Below, piece after piece: positions 36,001 to 48,699 of a stretch of DNA of 64,000 bases. The stretch is from Eledone cirrhosa (Eukaryota). The DNA lies in the NCBI GenBank assembly GCA_964016885.1, contig OZ024742.1, forward strand, positions 806,001 through 870,000, given 5' to 3'. Numbering within the stretch: the stretch's first letter is position 1; every line of letters begins with the position of its first letter. Position numbers and translations under genes: made by a program. The notes beneath the pieces were generated by a model. That model saw only the letters and a list, made by a program, of their open reading frames with translations, was not told the origin of the DNA and ran no database searches.

Positions 36001-38608
36001 GAGGAGTGTGGTCTAGTGGTAAAGGTGTTCTGTGGCGGTGTGTGGTCTAGTGGTAAAGGCGTTCTGTGGAGGTGTGTGGTCTAGTGGTAAAGGTGTTAGT
36101 GGAGGTGTGTGGTTTAGTGGTAAAGGTGTTCTGTAGAGGTGTGTGGTCTAGTGGTAAATGTGTTCTGTGGAGGTGTGTGGTCTAGTGGTAAAGGTGTTAG
36201 TGGAGGTGTGTGGTCTAGTGGTAAAGGTGTTCTGTGGAGGTGTGTGGTCTAGTGGTAAAGGTGTTAGTGAAGGTGTGTGGTCTAGTGGTAAAGGTGTTAG
36301 TGGAGGTGTGTGGTCTAGTGGTAAAGGTGTTAGTAGAGGTGTGTGGTCTAGTGGTAAAGGTGTTCTGTAGAGGTGTGTGGTCTAGTGGTAAAGGTGTTAG
36401 TGGAGGTGTGTGGCCTAGTGGTAAAGGTGTTCTGTGGAGGTGTGTGGTCTGGTGGCAAAGGTGTTCTGTAAAGGTGTGTGGTCTAGTGGTAAAGGCGTTC
36501 TGTAAAGGTGTGTGGTCTAGTGGTAAATGTCTTCTGTAGAGGTGTGTGGTCTAGTAGTAAAGGTGTTCTGTAGAGGTGTGTGGTCTAGTGGTAAAGGTCT
36601 TCTGTAGATGTGTGTGGCCTAGTGGTAAAGGTGTTAGTGGAGGTGTGTGGTCTAGTGGTAAAGGTGTTCTGTAGAGGTGTGTGGTCTAGTGGTATAGGTG
36701 TTAGTGGAGGTGTGTGGTCTAGTGGTAAAGGTGTTCTGTAGAGGTGTGTGGTCTAGTGGTAAAGGTGTTAGTGGAGGTGTGTGGCCTAGTGGTAAAGGTG
36801 TTCTGTGGAGGTGTGTGGTCTAGTGGTAAAGGTGTTCTGTGGAGGTGTGTGGTCTAGTGGTAAAGGTGTTCTGTAGAGGTGTGTGGTCTAGTGGTATAAG
36901 TGATCTGTGGAGGTGTGTGGTCTAGTGGTATAGGTGTTCTGTGGAGGTGTGTGGTCTAGTGGTAAAGGTGTTCTGTAGAGGTGTGTGGTAAAGGTGTTCT
37001 GTAGAGGTGTGTGGTCTAGTGGTAAAGGTGTTCTGTAGAGGTTTGTGGTTTAGTGGTAAAGGTGTTCTGTGGAGGTGTGTGGTCTAGTGGTATAGGTGTT
37101 CTGTGGAGGTGTGTGGTCTAGTGGTATAGGTGTTCTGTGGAGGTGTGTGGTCTAGTGGTATAGGTGTTAGTGGAGTAGTGTGGTCTAGTGCTAAAGGTGT
37201 TCTGTAGAGGTGTGTGGTCTAGTGGTAAAGGTATTCTGTAGAGGTGTGTGGTCTAGTGGTAAACGTGTTCTGTGGAGGTGTGTGGTCTAGTAGTAAAGGT
37301 GTTCTGTGGAGGTGTGTGGTCTCGTGGTAAAGGTGTTCTGTGGAGGTGCGTGGTCTAGTGGTAAAGGTATTCTGTGGAGGTGTGTGGTCTAGTGGTAAAG
37401 GTGTTAGAGGAGGTGTGTGGTCTAGTGGTAAAGCTGTTCTGTAGAGGTGTGTGGTCTAGTGGTAAAGGTGTTAGTGGAGGTGTGTGGTCTAGTGGTAAAG
37501 GTGTTCTGTGTAGGTGTGTGGTCTAGTGGTAAAGGTGTTAGTGGAGGTGTGTGGTCTAGTGGTAAAGGTGTAAGTGGAGGTGTGTGGTCTAGTGGTAAAG
37601 GTGTTCTGTAGAGGTGTGTGGTCTAGTGGTAAATGTGTTCTGTGGAGGTGTGTGGTCTAGTGGTAAAGGTGTTCTTTGGAGGTGCGTGGTCTAGTGGTAA
37701 AGGTGTTAGTGGAGGTATGTGGTCTAGTGGTAAAGGTGTTCTGTAGAGGTGTGGGGTCTAGTGGTAAAGGTGTTCTGTGGAGGTGTGTGGTCTAGTGGTA
37801 AAGGTGTTAGTGGAGGTGTGTGGTCTAGTGGTAAAGGTGTTCTGTAGAGGTGTGTGGTCTAGTGGTAAAGGTGTTCTGTGGAGGTGTGTGATCTAGTGGT
37901 AAAGGTGTTCTGTGGGGGTGTGTGGTCTAGTGGTAAAGGTGTTCTGTGGAGGTGTGTGGTCTAGTGGTAAATGTGTTAGTGGAGATGTGTTGTCTAGTCG
38001 TAAAGGTGTTAGTGGAGGTGTGTGGTCTAGTGGTAAAGGTGTTCTGTGGAGGTGTGTGGTCTAGTGGTAAAGGTGTTCTGTGGAGGTGTGTGGTCTAGTG
38101 GTAAAGGTGTTAGTGGAGGTGTGTGGTCTAGTGGTAAAGGTGTAAGTGGAGGTGTGTGGTCTAGTGGTAAAGGTGTTCTGTAGAGGTGTGTGGTCTAGTG
38201 GTAAATGTGTTCTCTGGAGGTGTGTGGTCTAGTGGTAAAGGTGTTCTGTGGAGGTGTGTGGTCTAGTGGTAAAGGTGTTAGTGGAGGTGTGTGGTCTAGT
38301 GGTAAAGGTGTTAGTGGAGATGTGTGGTTTAGTGGTAAAGGTGTTCTGTAGAGGTGTGTGGTCTAGTGGTAAAGGTGTTCTGTGGCGGTGTGTGGTCTAG
38401 TGGTAAAGGTGTTCTGTGGAGGTGTGTGGTCTAGTGGTAAAGGTGTTAGTGGAGATGTGTGGTCTAGTGGTAAAGGTGTTAGTGAAGATGTGTGGTTTAG
38501 TGGTAAAGGTGTTCTGTAGAGGTGTGTGGTCTAGTGGTAAAGGTGTTCTGTGGAGGTGTGTGGTCTAGTGGTAAAGGTGTTAGTGGAGGTGTGTGGTCTA
38601 GTGGTAAA
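1..38608 (+). repeat. Large higher-order duplication: 1-~15620 repeated at 22989-~38608 (offset 22,988 bp)
   Basis: The ORF track repeats at +22988 (100/23088, 474/23462, 5812/28800, 13246/36234). Private variants are shared between copies: the 2-bp deletion GGTGTTGTGG at 561/23549 and GTAGGTGGTG at 6041/29029. The copies diverge at about 15620/38610. Confidence 0.92.
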
Positions 38609-41600
38609 GGGGTTCTGTGGAGGTGTGTGGTCTAGTAGTAAAGGTGTTCTGTGGAGGTGTGTGGTCTAGTGGTAAAGGTGTTAGTGGAGGTGTGTGATCT
38701 AGTGGTAAAGGTGTTAGTGGAGGTGTGTGGTCTAGTGTTAAAGGTGTTCTGTAGAGGTGTGTGGTCTAGTGGTAACGGTGTTCTGTGAAGGTGTGTGGTC
38801 TAGTGGTATAGGTGTTCTGTGGAGGTGTGTGGTCTAGTGGTATAGGTGTTCTGTGGAGGTGTGTGGTCTAGTGGTAAAGGTGTTAGTGGAGGTGTGTGGT
38901 CTAGTGGTAAAGGTGTTCTGTAGAGGTGTGTGGTCTAGTGGTAAAGGTGTTAGTGGAGGTGTGTGGTCTAGTGGTAAAGGTGTTAGTGGAGGTGTGTGGT
39001 CTAGTGGTAAAGGTGTTCTGGAGAGGTGTGTGGTCTAGTGGTAAAGGTGTTCTGTGGAGGTGTGTGGTCTAGTGGTAAAGGTGTTGTGTGGAGGTGTGTG
39101 GTCTAGTGGTAAAGGTGTTAGTGGAGATGTGTGGTCTAGTGGTAAAGGTGTTCTGTGGATGTGTGTGGTCTAGTGGTATAGGTGTTAGTGGAGGTGTGTG
39201 GTCTAGTGGTAAAGGTGTTCTGTAGAGGTGTGTGGTCTAGTGGTAAAGGTGTGTGGTCTAGAGGTAAAGGTGTTAGTGGAGGTGTGTGGACTAGTGGTAA
39301 AGGTGTTCTGTGGAGGTGTGTGGTCTAGTGGTAAAGGTGTTCTGTGGAGGTGTGTGGTCTAGTGGTATCGGTGTTCTGTGGAGGTGTGTGGTCTAGTGGT
39401 ATCGGTGTTCTGTGGAGGTGTGTGGTCTAGTGGTAAAGGTGTTCTGTAGAGGTGTGTGGTCTAGTGGTAAAGGTGTGAGTGGAGGTGTGTGGTCTAGTGG
39501 TAAAGGTGTTCTGTAGAGGTTTGTGGTTTAGTGGTAAAGGTGTTCTGTGGAGGTGTGTGGTCTAGTGGTAAAGGTGTTAGTGGAGGTGTGTGGTCTAGTG
39601 GTAAAGGTGTTAGTGGAGGTGTGTGGTCTAGTGGTAAAGGTGTTCTGCAGAGGTGTGTGGTCTAGTGGTAAAGGTGTTCTGTGGAGGTGTGTGGTCTAGT
39701 GGTGAAGGTGTGTGGTCTAGTGGTAAAGGTGTTCTGCAGAGGTGTGTGGTCTAGTGGTAAAGGTGTTCTGTGGAGGTGTGTGGTCTAGTGGTATAGGTGT
39801 TCTGTGGAGGTGTGTGGTCTAGTGGTAAAGGTGTTAGTGGAGGTGTGTGGTCTAGTGGTAAAGGTGTTCTGTAGAGGTGTGTGGTCTAGAGGTAAAGGTG
39901 GTAGTGGAGGTGTGTGGTCTAGTGGTAAAGGTGTTAGTGGAGGTCTGTGGTCTAGTGGTAAAGGTGTTCTGTGTAGGTGTGGTCTAGTGGTAAAGGTGTT
40001 AGTGGATGTGTGTGGTCTAGTGGTAAAGGTGTTCTGTGTAGGTGTGTGGTCTAGTGGTAAAGGTGTTCTGTGTAGGTGTGTGGTCTAGTGGTAAAGGTGT
40101 TAGTGGAGGTGTGTGGTCTAGTGGTAAAGGTGTTCTGTGTAGGTGTGTGGTCTAGTGGTAAAGGTGTTCGTGGAAGTGTGTGGTCTAGTGGTAAAGGTGT
40201 TAGTGGAGGTGTGTGGTCTAGTGGTAAAGGTGTTCTGTGGAGGTGTGTGGTCTAGTGGTAAAGGTGTTAGTGGAGGTGTGTGGTCTAGTGGTAAAGGTGT
40301 TCTGTGTAGGTGTGTGGTCTAGTGGTAAAGTTGTTAGTGGAGGTGTGTGGTCTAGTGGTAAAGGTGTTCTTTGGAGGTGTGTGGTCTAGTGGTAAAGGTG
40401 TTAGTGGAGGTGTGTAGTCTAGTGGTAAAGTTGTTAGTGGAGGTGTGTGGTCTAGTGGTAAAGGTGTTCTTTGGAGGTGTGTGGTCTAGTGGTAAAGGTG
40501 TTAGTGGAGGTATGTGGTCTAGTGGTAAAGGTGTTCTGTAGAGGTGTGTGGTCTAGTGGTAAAGGTGTTCTGTGGAGGTGTGTGGTCTAGTGGTAAAGGT
40601 GTTAGTGGAGGTGTGTGGCCTAGTGGTAAAGGTGTTCTGTGGAGGTGTGGTCTAGTGGTAAAGGTGTTCTGTGGAGGTGTGTGGTCTAGTGGTAAAGGTG
40701 TTAGTGGAGGTGTGTGGTCTAGTGGTAAAGTTGTTCTGTAGAGGTGTGTGGTCTAGTGATAAAGGTGTTCTGTGGAGGTGTGGTCTAGTGGTAAAGGTGT
40801 TAGTGGAGGTGTGTGGCCAAGTGGTAAATGTCTTCTGTGGAGGTGTGTTGTCTCGTGGTAAAGGTGTTCTGTAGAGGTGTGTGGTCTAGTGGTAAAGGTA
40901 TTCTGTAGAGGTGTGTGGTCTAGTGGTAAAGGTGTTCTGTGGAGGTGTGTGGTCTAGTAGTAAAGGTGTTCTGTGGAGGTGTGTGGTCTAGTGGTAAAGG
41001 TGTTAGTGGAGGTGTGTGGTCTAGTGGTAAAGGTGTTCTGTGGAGGTGTGTGGTCTCGTGGTAAAGGTGTTCTGTAGAGGTGTGTGGTCTAGTGGTAAAG
41101 GTATTCTGTGGAGGTGTGTGGTCTAGTGGTAAAGGTGTTAGAGGAGGTGTGTGGTCTAGTGGTAAAGGTGTTAGTGGAGGTGTGTAGTCTAGTGGTAAAG
41201 GTGTTAGTGGAGGTGTGTGGTCTAGTGGTAAAGGTGTTAGTGGAGGTGTGTGGTCTAGTGGTAAAGGTGTTCTGTAGAGGTGTGTGGTCTAGTGGTAAAG
41301 GTGTTCTGTGGAGGTGTGTGGTCTAGTGGTAAAGGTGTTAGTGGAGGTGTGTGGTCTAGTGGTAAAGGTGTTAGTGGAGGTGTGTGGTCTAGTGGTAAGG
41401 GTGTTCTGTGGAGGTGTGTGGTCTATTGGTAAAGGTGTTAGTGGAGGTGTGTGGGCTAGTGGTAAAGGTGTTAGTGGAGGTGTGTGGTCTAGTGGTAAAG
41501 GTGTTCTGTAGAGGTGTGTGGTCTAGTGGTAAAGGTGTTAGTGGAGGTGTGTGGTCTAGTGGTAAAGGTGTTAGTGGAGGTGTGTGGTCTAGTGGTAAAG

Positions 41601-43300
41601 CTGTTCTGTAGAGGTGTGTGGTCTTGTGGTAAAGGTGTTCTGTAGAGGTGTGTGGTCTAGTGGTAAAGGTGTTAGTGGAGGTGTGTGGTCTAGTGGTAAA
41701 GCTGTTCTGTAGAGGTGTGTGGTCTTGTGGTAAAGGTGTTCTGTAGAGGTGTGTGGTCTAGTGGTAAAGGTATTAGTGGAGGTGTGTGGTCTAGTGGTAA
41801 AGGTGTTCTGTGGAGGTGTGGTCTAGTGGTAAAGGTGTTAGTGGAGGTGTGTGGTCTAGTGGTAAAGGTGTTCTGTGGAGGTGTGTGGTCTAGTGGTAAA
41901 GGTGTTCTGTAGAGTTGTGTGGTCTAGTGGTAAAGGTGTTCTGTGGAGGTGTGTGGTCTAGTGGTAAAGGTGTTAGTGGAGGTGTGTGGTCTAGTGGTAA
42001 AGGTGTTCTTTGGAGGTGTGTGGTCTAGTGGTAAAGGTGTTAGTGGAGGTGTGTGGTCTAGTGGTAAAGGTGTTAGTGGAGGTGTGTGGTCTAGTGGTAA
42101 AGGTGTTAGTGGAGGTGTGTGGTCTAGTGGTAAAGGTGTTAGTGGAGGTGTGTGGTCTAGTGGTAAAGGTGTTCTGTAGAGGAGTGTGGTCTAGTGGTAA
42201 AGGTGTTCTGTGGCGGTGTGTGGTCTAGTGGTAAAGGCGTTCTGTGGAGGTGTGTGGTCTAGTGGTAAAGGTGTTAGTGGAGGTGTGTGGTTTAGTGGTA
42301 AAGGTGTTCTGTAGAGGTGTGTGGTCTAGTGGTAAATGTGTTCTGTGGAGGTGTGTGGTCTAGTGGTAAAGGTGTTAGTGGAGGTGTGTGGTCTAGTGGT
42401 AAAGGTGTTCTGTGGAGGTGTGTGGTCTAGTGGTAAAGGTGTTAGTGAAGGTGTGTGGTCTAGTGGTAAAGGTGTTAGTGGAGGTGTGTGGTCTAGTGGT
42501 AAAGGTGTTAGTAGAGGTGTGTGGTCTAGTGGTAAAGGTGTTCTGTAGAGGTGTGTGGTCTAGTGGTAAAGGTGTTAGTGGAGGTGTGTGGCCTAGTGGT
42601 AAAGGTGTTCTGTGGAGGTGTGTGGTCTGGTGGCAAAGGTGTTCTGTAAAGGTGTGTGGTCTAGTGGTAAAGGCGTTCTGTAAAGGTGTGTGGTCTAGTG
42701 GTAAATGTCTTCTGTAGAGGTGTGTGGTCTAGTAGTAAAGGTGTTCTGTAGAGGTGTGTGGTCTAGTGGTAAAGGTCTTCTGTAGATGTGTGTGGCCTAG
42801 TGGTAAAGGTGTTAGTGGAGGTGTGTGGTCTAGTGGTAAAGGTGTTCTGTAGAGGTGTGTGGTCTAGTGGTATAGGTGTTAGTGGAGGTGTGTGGTCTAG
42901 TGGTAAAGGTGTTCTGTAGAGGTGTGTGGTCTAGTGGTAAAGGTGTTAGTGGAGGTGTGTGGCCTAGTGGTAAAGGTGTTCTGTGGAGGTGTGTGGTCTA
43001 GTGGTAAAGGTGTTCTGTGGAGGTGTGTGGTCTAGTGGTAAAGGTGTTCTGTAGAGGTGTGTGGTCTAGTGGTATAAGTGATCTGTGGAGGTGTGTGGTC
43101 TAGTGGTATAGGTGTTCTGTGGAGGTGTGTGGTCTAGTGGTAAAGGTGTTCTGTAGAGGTGTGTGGTAAAGGTGTTCTGTAGAGGTGTGTGGTCTAGTGG
43201 TAAAGGTGTTCTGTAGAGGTTTGTGGTTTAGTGGTAAAGGTGTTCTGTGGAGGTGTGTGGTCTAGTGGTATAGGTGTTCTGTGGAGGTGTGTGGTCTAGT
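1869..43300 (+). repeat. Six copies of a ~3.6-4 kb higher-order block within the satellite
   Basis: The marker CCAAGTGGTAAATGTCTTCTGTGGAGGTGTGTTGTCTCG occurs at 3041, 11651, 21962, 26029, 34639 and 40817. Each block opens with a pair of CTGCAG variants (first GCAG at 1871, 10481, 20792, 24859, 33469, 39647). Confidence 0.92.
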
Positions 43301-45670
43301 GGTATAGGTGTTCTGTGGAGGTGTGTGGTCTAGTGGTAAAGGTGTTAGTGGAGGTGTGTGGTCTAGTGGTAAAGGTGTTAGTGGAGGTGTGTGGTCTAGT
43401 GGTAAAGGTGTTAGTGGAGGTCTGTGTTCTAGTGGTAAAGGTGTTCTGTGTAGGTGTGTGGTCTAGTGGTAAAGGTGTTAGTGGATGTGTGTGGTCTAGT
43501 GGTAAAGGTGTTCTGTGGAGGTGTGTGGTCTAGTGGTAAAGGTGTTAGTGGAGGTGTGTGGTCTAGTGGTAAAGGTGTTCTGTGTAGGTGTGTGGTCTAG
43601 TGGTAAAGGTGTTCGTGGAAGTGTGTGGTCTAGTGGTAAAGGTGTTAGTGGAGGTGTGTGGTCTAGTGGTAAAGGTGTTCTGTGGAGGTGTGTGGTCTAG
43701 TGGTAAAGGTGTTAGTGGAGGTGTGTGGTCTAGTGGTAAAGGTGTTAGTGGAGGTGTGTGGTCTAGTGGTAAAGGTGTTAGTGGAGGTGTGTGGTCTAGT
43801 GGTAAAGGTGTTCTGTGTAGGTGTGTGGTCTAGTGGTAAAGGTGTTAGTGGAGGTGTGTGGTCTAGTGGTAAAGGTGTTCTGTGTAGGTGTGTGGTCTAG
43901 TGGTAAAGGTGTTAGTGGAGGTGTGTGGTCTAGTGGTAAAGGTGTTAGTGGAGGTGTGTGGTCTAGTGGTAAAGGTGTTAGTGGAGGTGTGTGGTCTAGT
44001 GGTAAAGGTGTTAGTGGAGGTGTGTGGTCTAGTGGTAAAGCTGTTCTGTAGAGGTGTGTGGTCTAGTGGTAAAGGTGTTCTGTGGAGGTGTGGTCTAGTG
44101 GTAAAGGTGTTAGTGGAGGTGTGTGGTCTAGTGGTAAAGGTGTTAGTGGAGGTGTGTGGTCTAGTGGTAAAGGTGTTAGTGGAGGTGTGTGGTCTAGTGG
44201 TAAAGCTGTTCTGTAGAGGTGTGTGGTCTAGTGGTAAAGGTGTTCTGTGTGGGTGTGTGGTCTAGTGGTAAAGGTGTTAATGGAGGTGTGTGGTCTAGTG
44301 GTAAAGGTGTTCTGTTGAGGTGTGTGGTCTAGTGGTAAAGGTGTTAGTGGAGGTGTGTGGTCTAGTGGTAAAGGTGTTCTGTGTAGGTGTGTGGTCTAGT
44401 GGTAAAGGTGTTAGTGGAGGTGTGGTCTAGTGGTAAAGGTGTTAGTGGAGGTGTGTGGTCTAGTGGTAAAGGTGTTCTGTGGAGGTGTGTGGTCTAGTGG
44501 TAAAGGTGTTAGTGGAGGTGTGCGGTCTAGTGGTAAAGGTGTTGTGTAGGTGTGTGGTCTAGTGGTAAAGGTGTTAGTGGAGGTGTGTGGTCTAGTGGTA
44601 AAGGTGTTAGTGGAGGTCTGTGGTCTAGTGGTAAAGGTGTTAGTGGAGGTGTGTGGTCTAGTGGTAAAGGTGTTCTGTGTAGGTGTGTGGTCTAGTGGTA
44701 AAGGTGTTAGTGGAGGTGTGTGGTCTAGTGGTAAAGGTGTTCTGTGGCGGTGTGTGGTCTAGTGGTAAAGGTGTTAGTGGAGGTGTGTGGTCTAGTGGTA
44801 AAGGTGTTCTGTGGAGGTGTGTGGTCTAGTGGTAAAGGTGTTCTGTAGAGGTGTTTGGTCTAGTGGTAAAGGTGTTCTGTGGAGGTGTGTGGTCTAGTGG
44901 TAAAGGTGTTAGTGGAGGTGTGTGGTCTAGTGGTAAAGGTGTTCTTTGGAGGTGTGTGGTCTAGTGGTAAAGGTGTTAGTGAGGTGTGTGGTCTAGTGGT
45001 AAAGGTGTTAGTGGAGGTGTGTGGTCTAGTGGTAAAGGTGTTCTTTGGAGGTGTGTGGTCTAGTGGTAAAGGTGTTCTGTGGAGGTGTGTGGTCTAGTGG
45101 TAAAGGTGTTAGTGAAGGTGTGTGGTCTAGTGGTAAAGGTGTTAGTGGAGGTGTGTGGTCTAGTGGTAAAGGTGTTAGTAGAGGTGTGTGGTCTAGTGGT
45201 AAATGTGTTCTGTGGAGGTGTGTGGTCTAGTGGTAAAGGTGTTGTGGAGGTGTGTGGTCTAGTGGTAAAGGTGTTAGTGGAGGTGTGTGGCCTAGTGGTA
45301 AAGGTGTTCTGTGGAGGTGGGGTCTAGTGGTAAAGGTGTTCTGTGGAGGTGTGTGGCCTAGTGGTAAAGGTGTTCTGTGGAGGTGTGTGGTCTAGTGGTA
45401 AAGGTGTTAGTGGAGGTGTGGTCTAGTGGTAAAGGTGTTCTGTAGAGGTGTGTGGTCTAGTGGTAAAGGTGTTAGTGGAGGTGTGTGGCCTAGTGGTAAA
45501 GGTGTTCTGTGGAGGTGTGTGGTCTGGTGGCAAAGGTGTTCTGTAAAGGTGTGTGGTCTAGTGGTAAAGGCGTTCTGTAAAGGTGTGTGGTCTAGTGGTA
45601 AATGTCTTCTGTAGAGGTGTGTGGTCTAGTAGTAAAGGTGTTCTGTGGAGGTGTGTGGTCTAGTGGTAAA

Positions 45671-47554
45671 GGTCTTCTGTAGATGTGTGTGGTCTAGTGG
45701 TAAAGGTGTTAGTGGAGGTGTGTGTGGTCTAGTGGTAAAGGTGTTCTGTAGAGGTGTGTGGTCTAGTGGTATAGGTGTTAGTGGAGTAGTGTGGTCTAGT
45801 GCTAAAGGTGTTCTGTAGAGGTGTGTGGTCTAGTGGTAAAGGTATTCTGTAGAGGTGTGTGGTCTAGTGGTAAACGTGTTCTGTGGAGGTGTGTGGTCTA
45901 GTAGTAAAGGTGTTCTGTGGAGGTGTGTGGTCTCGTGGTAAAGGTGTTCTGTGGAGGTGCGTGGTCTAGTGGTAAAGGTATTCTGTGGAGGTGTGTGGTC
46001 TAGTGGTAAAGGTGTTAGAGGAGGTGTGTGGTCTAGTGGTAAAGCTGTTCTGTAGAGGTGTGTGGTCTTGTGGTAAAGGTGTTCTGTGGAGGTGCGTGGT
46101 CTAGTGGTAAAGGTATTCTGTGGAGGTGTGTGGTCTAGTGGTAAAGGTGTTAGTGGAGGTGTGTGGTCTAGTGGTAAAGCTGTTCTGTAGAGGTGTGTGG
46201 TCTTGTGGTAAAGGTGTTCTGTAGAGGTGTGTGGTCTAGTGGTAAAGGTGTTCTGTGTGGGTGTGTGGTCTAGTGGTAAAGGTGTTAATGGAGGTGTGTG
46301 GTCTAGTGGTAAAGGTGTTCTGTTGAGGTGTGTGGTCTAGTGGTAAAGGTGTTAGTGGAGGTGTGTGGTCTAGTGGTAAAAGGTGTTAGTGGAGCTGTGG
46401 TCTAGTGGTAAAGGTGTTAGTGGAGGTGTGTGGTCTAGTGGTAAAGGTGTTCTGTGGAGGTGTGTGGTCTAGTGGTAAAGGTGTTAGTGGAGGTGTGTGG
46501 TCTAGTGGTAAAGGTGTTCTGTGTAGGTGTGTGGTCTAGTGGTAAAGGTGTTAGTGGAGGTGTGTGGTCTAGTGGTAAAGGTGTTAGTGGAGGTGTGTGG
46601 TCTAGTGGTAAAGGTCTTCTGTAGATGTGTGTGGTCTAGTGGTAAAGGTGTTAGTGGAGGTGTGTGTGGTCTAGTGGTAAAGGTGTTCTGTAGAGGTGTG
46701 TGGTCTAGTGGTATAGGTGTTAGTGGAGTAGTGTGGTCTAGTGCTAAAGGTGTTCTGTAGAGGTGTGTGGTCTAGTGGTAAAGGTATTCTGTAGAGGTGT
46801 GTGGTCTAGTGGTAAACGTGTTCTGTGGAGGTGTGTGGTCTAGTAGTAAAGGTGTTCTGTGGAGGTGTGTGGTCTCGTGGTAAAGGTGTTCTGTGGAGGT
46901 GCGTGGTCTAGTGGTAAAGGTATTCTGTGGAGGTGTGTGGTCTAGTGGTAAAGGTGTTAGAGGAGGTGTGTGGTCTAGTGGTAAAGCTGTTCTGTAGAGG
47001 TGTGTGGTCTTGTGGTAAAGGTGTTCTGTGGAGGTGCGTGGTCTAGTGGTAAAGGTATTCTGTGGAGGTGTGTGGTCTAGTGGTAAAGGTGTTAGTGGAG
47101 GTGTGTGGTCTAGTGGTAAAGCTGTTCTGTAGAGGTGTGTGGTCTTGTGGTAAAGGTGTTCTGTAGAGGTGTGTGGTCTAGTGGTAAAGGTGTTCTGTGT
47201 GGGTGTGTGGTCTAGTGGTAAAGGTGTTAATGGAGGTGTGTGGTCTAGTGGTAAAGGTGTTCTGTTGAGGTGTGTGGTCTAGTGGTAAAGGTGTTAGTGG
47301 AGGTGTGTGGTCTAGTGGTAAAAGGTGTTAGTGGAGCTGTGGTCTAGTGGTAAAGGTGTTAGTGGAGGTGTGTGGTCTAGTGGTAAAGGTGTTCTGTGGA
47401 GGTGTGTGGTCTAGTGGTAAAGGTGTTAGTGGAGGTGTGTGGTCTAGTGGTAAAGGTGTTCTGTGTAGGTGTGTGGTCTAGTGGTAAAGGTGTTAGTGGA
47501 GGTGTGTGGTCTAGTGGTAAAGGTGTTAGTGGAGGTGTGTGGTCTAGTGGTAAA
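45671..47554 (+). repeat. 942-bp tandem duplication within the satellite
   Basis: GGTCTTCTGTAGATG occurs at 45671 and 46613, and GGAGCTGTGG at 46391 and 47333. Both offsets are 942. Confidence 0.9.
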
Positions 47555-48699
47555 GGTGTTCTGTGTAGGTGTGTGGTCTAGTGGTAAAGGTGTTAGTGGA
47601 GGTGTGTGGTCTAGTGGTAAAGGTGTTGTGGCGGTGTGTGGTCTAGTGGTAAAGGTGTTAGTGGAGGTGAGTGGTCTAGTGGTAAAGGTGTTCTGTGGAG
47701 GTGTGTGGTCTAGTGGTAAAGGTGTTCTGTAGAGGTGTGTGGTCTAGTGGTAAAGGTGTTCTGTGGAGGTGTGTGGTCTAGTGGTAAAGGTGTTAGTGGA
47801 GGTGTGTGGTCTAGTGGTAAAGGTGTTCTTTGGAGGTGTGTGGTCTAGTGGTAAAGGTGTTAGTGGAGGTGTGTGGTCTAGTGGTAAAGGTGTTAGTGGA
47901 GGTGTGTGGTCTAGTGGTAAAGGTGTTCTGCAGAGGTTTGTGGTCTAGTGGTAAAGGTGTTCTGTGGAGGTGTGTGGTCTAGTGGTAAAGGTGTTAGTGA
48001 AGGTGTGTGGTCTAGTGGTAAAGGTGTTAGTGGAGGTGTGTGGTCTAGTGGTAAAGGTGTTAGTAGAGGTGTGTGATCTAGTGGTAAAGGTGTTCTGTGG
48101 AGGTGTGTGGTCTAGTGGTAAAGGTGTTCTGTGGAGGTGTGTGGTCTAGTGGTAAAGGTGTTAGTGGAGGTGTGTGGCCTAGTGGTAAAGGTGTTCTGTG
48201 GAGGTGTGTGGCCTAGTGGTAAAGGTGTTCTGTGGAGGTGTGTGGTCTAGTGGTAAAGGTGTTCTGTAGAGGTGTGTGGTCTAGTGGTAAAGGTGTTAGT
48301 GGTGGTGTGTGGTCTAGTGGTAAAGGTGTTCTGTAGAGGTTTGTGGTTTAGTGGTAAAGGTGTTCTGTGGAGGTGTGTGGTCTAGTGGTATAGGTGTTCT
48401 GTGGAGGTGTGTGGTCTAGTGGTAAAGGTGTTAGTGGAGGTGTGTGGTCTAGTGGTAAAGGTGTTCTGTAGAGGTGTGTGGTCTAGTGGTAAAGGTGTTA
48501 GTGGAGGTGTGTGGTCTAGTGGTAAAGGTGTTAGTGGAGGTCTGTGGTCTAGTGGTAAAGGTGTTCTGTGTAGGTGTGTGGTCTAGTGGTAAAGGTGTTA
48601 GTGGATGTGTGTGGTCTAGTGGTAAAGGTGTTCTGTGGAGGTGTGTGGTCTAGTGGTAAAGGTGTTAGTGGAGGTGTGTGGTCTAGTGGTAAAGGTGTT

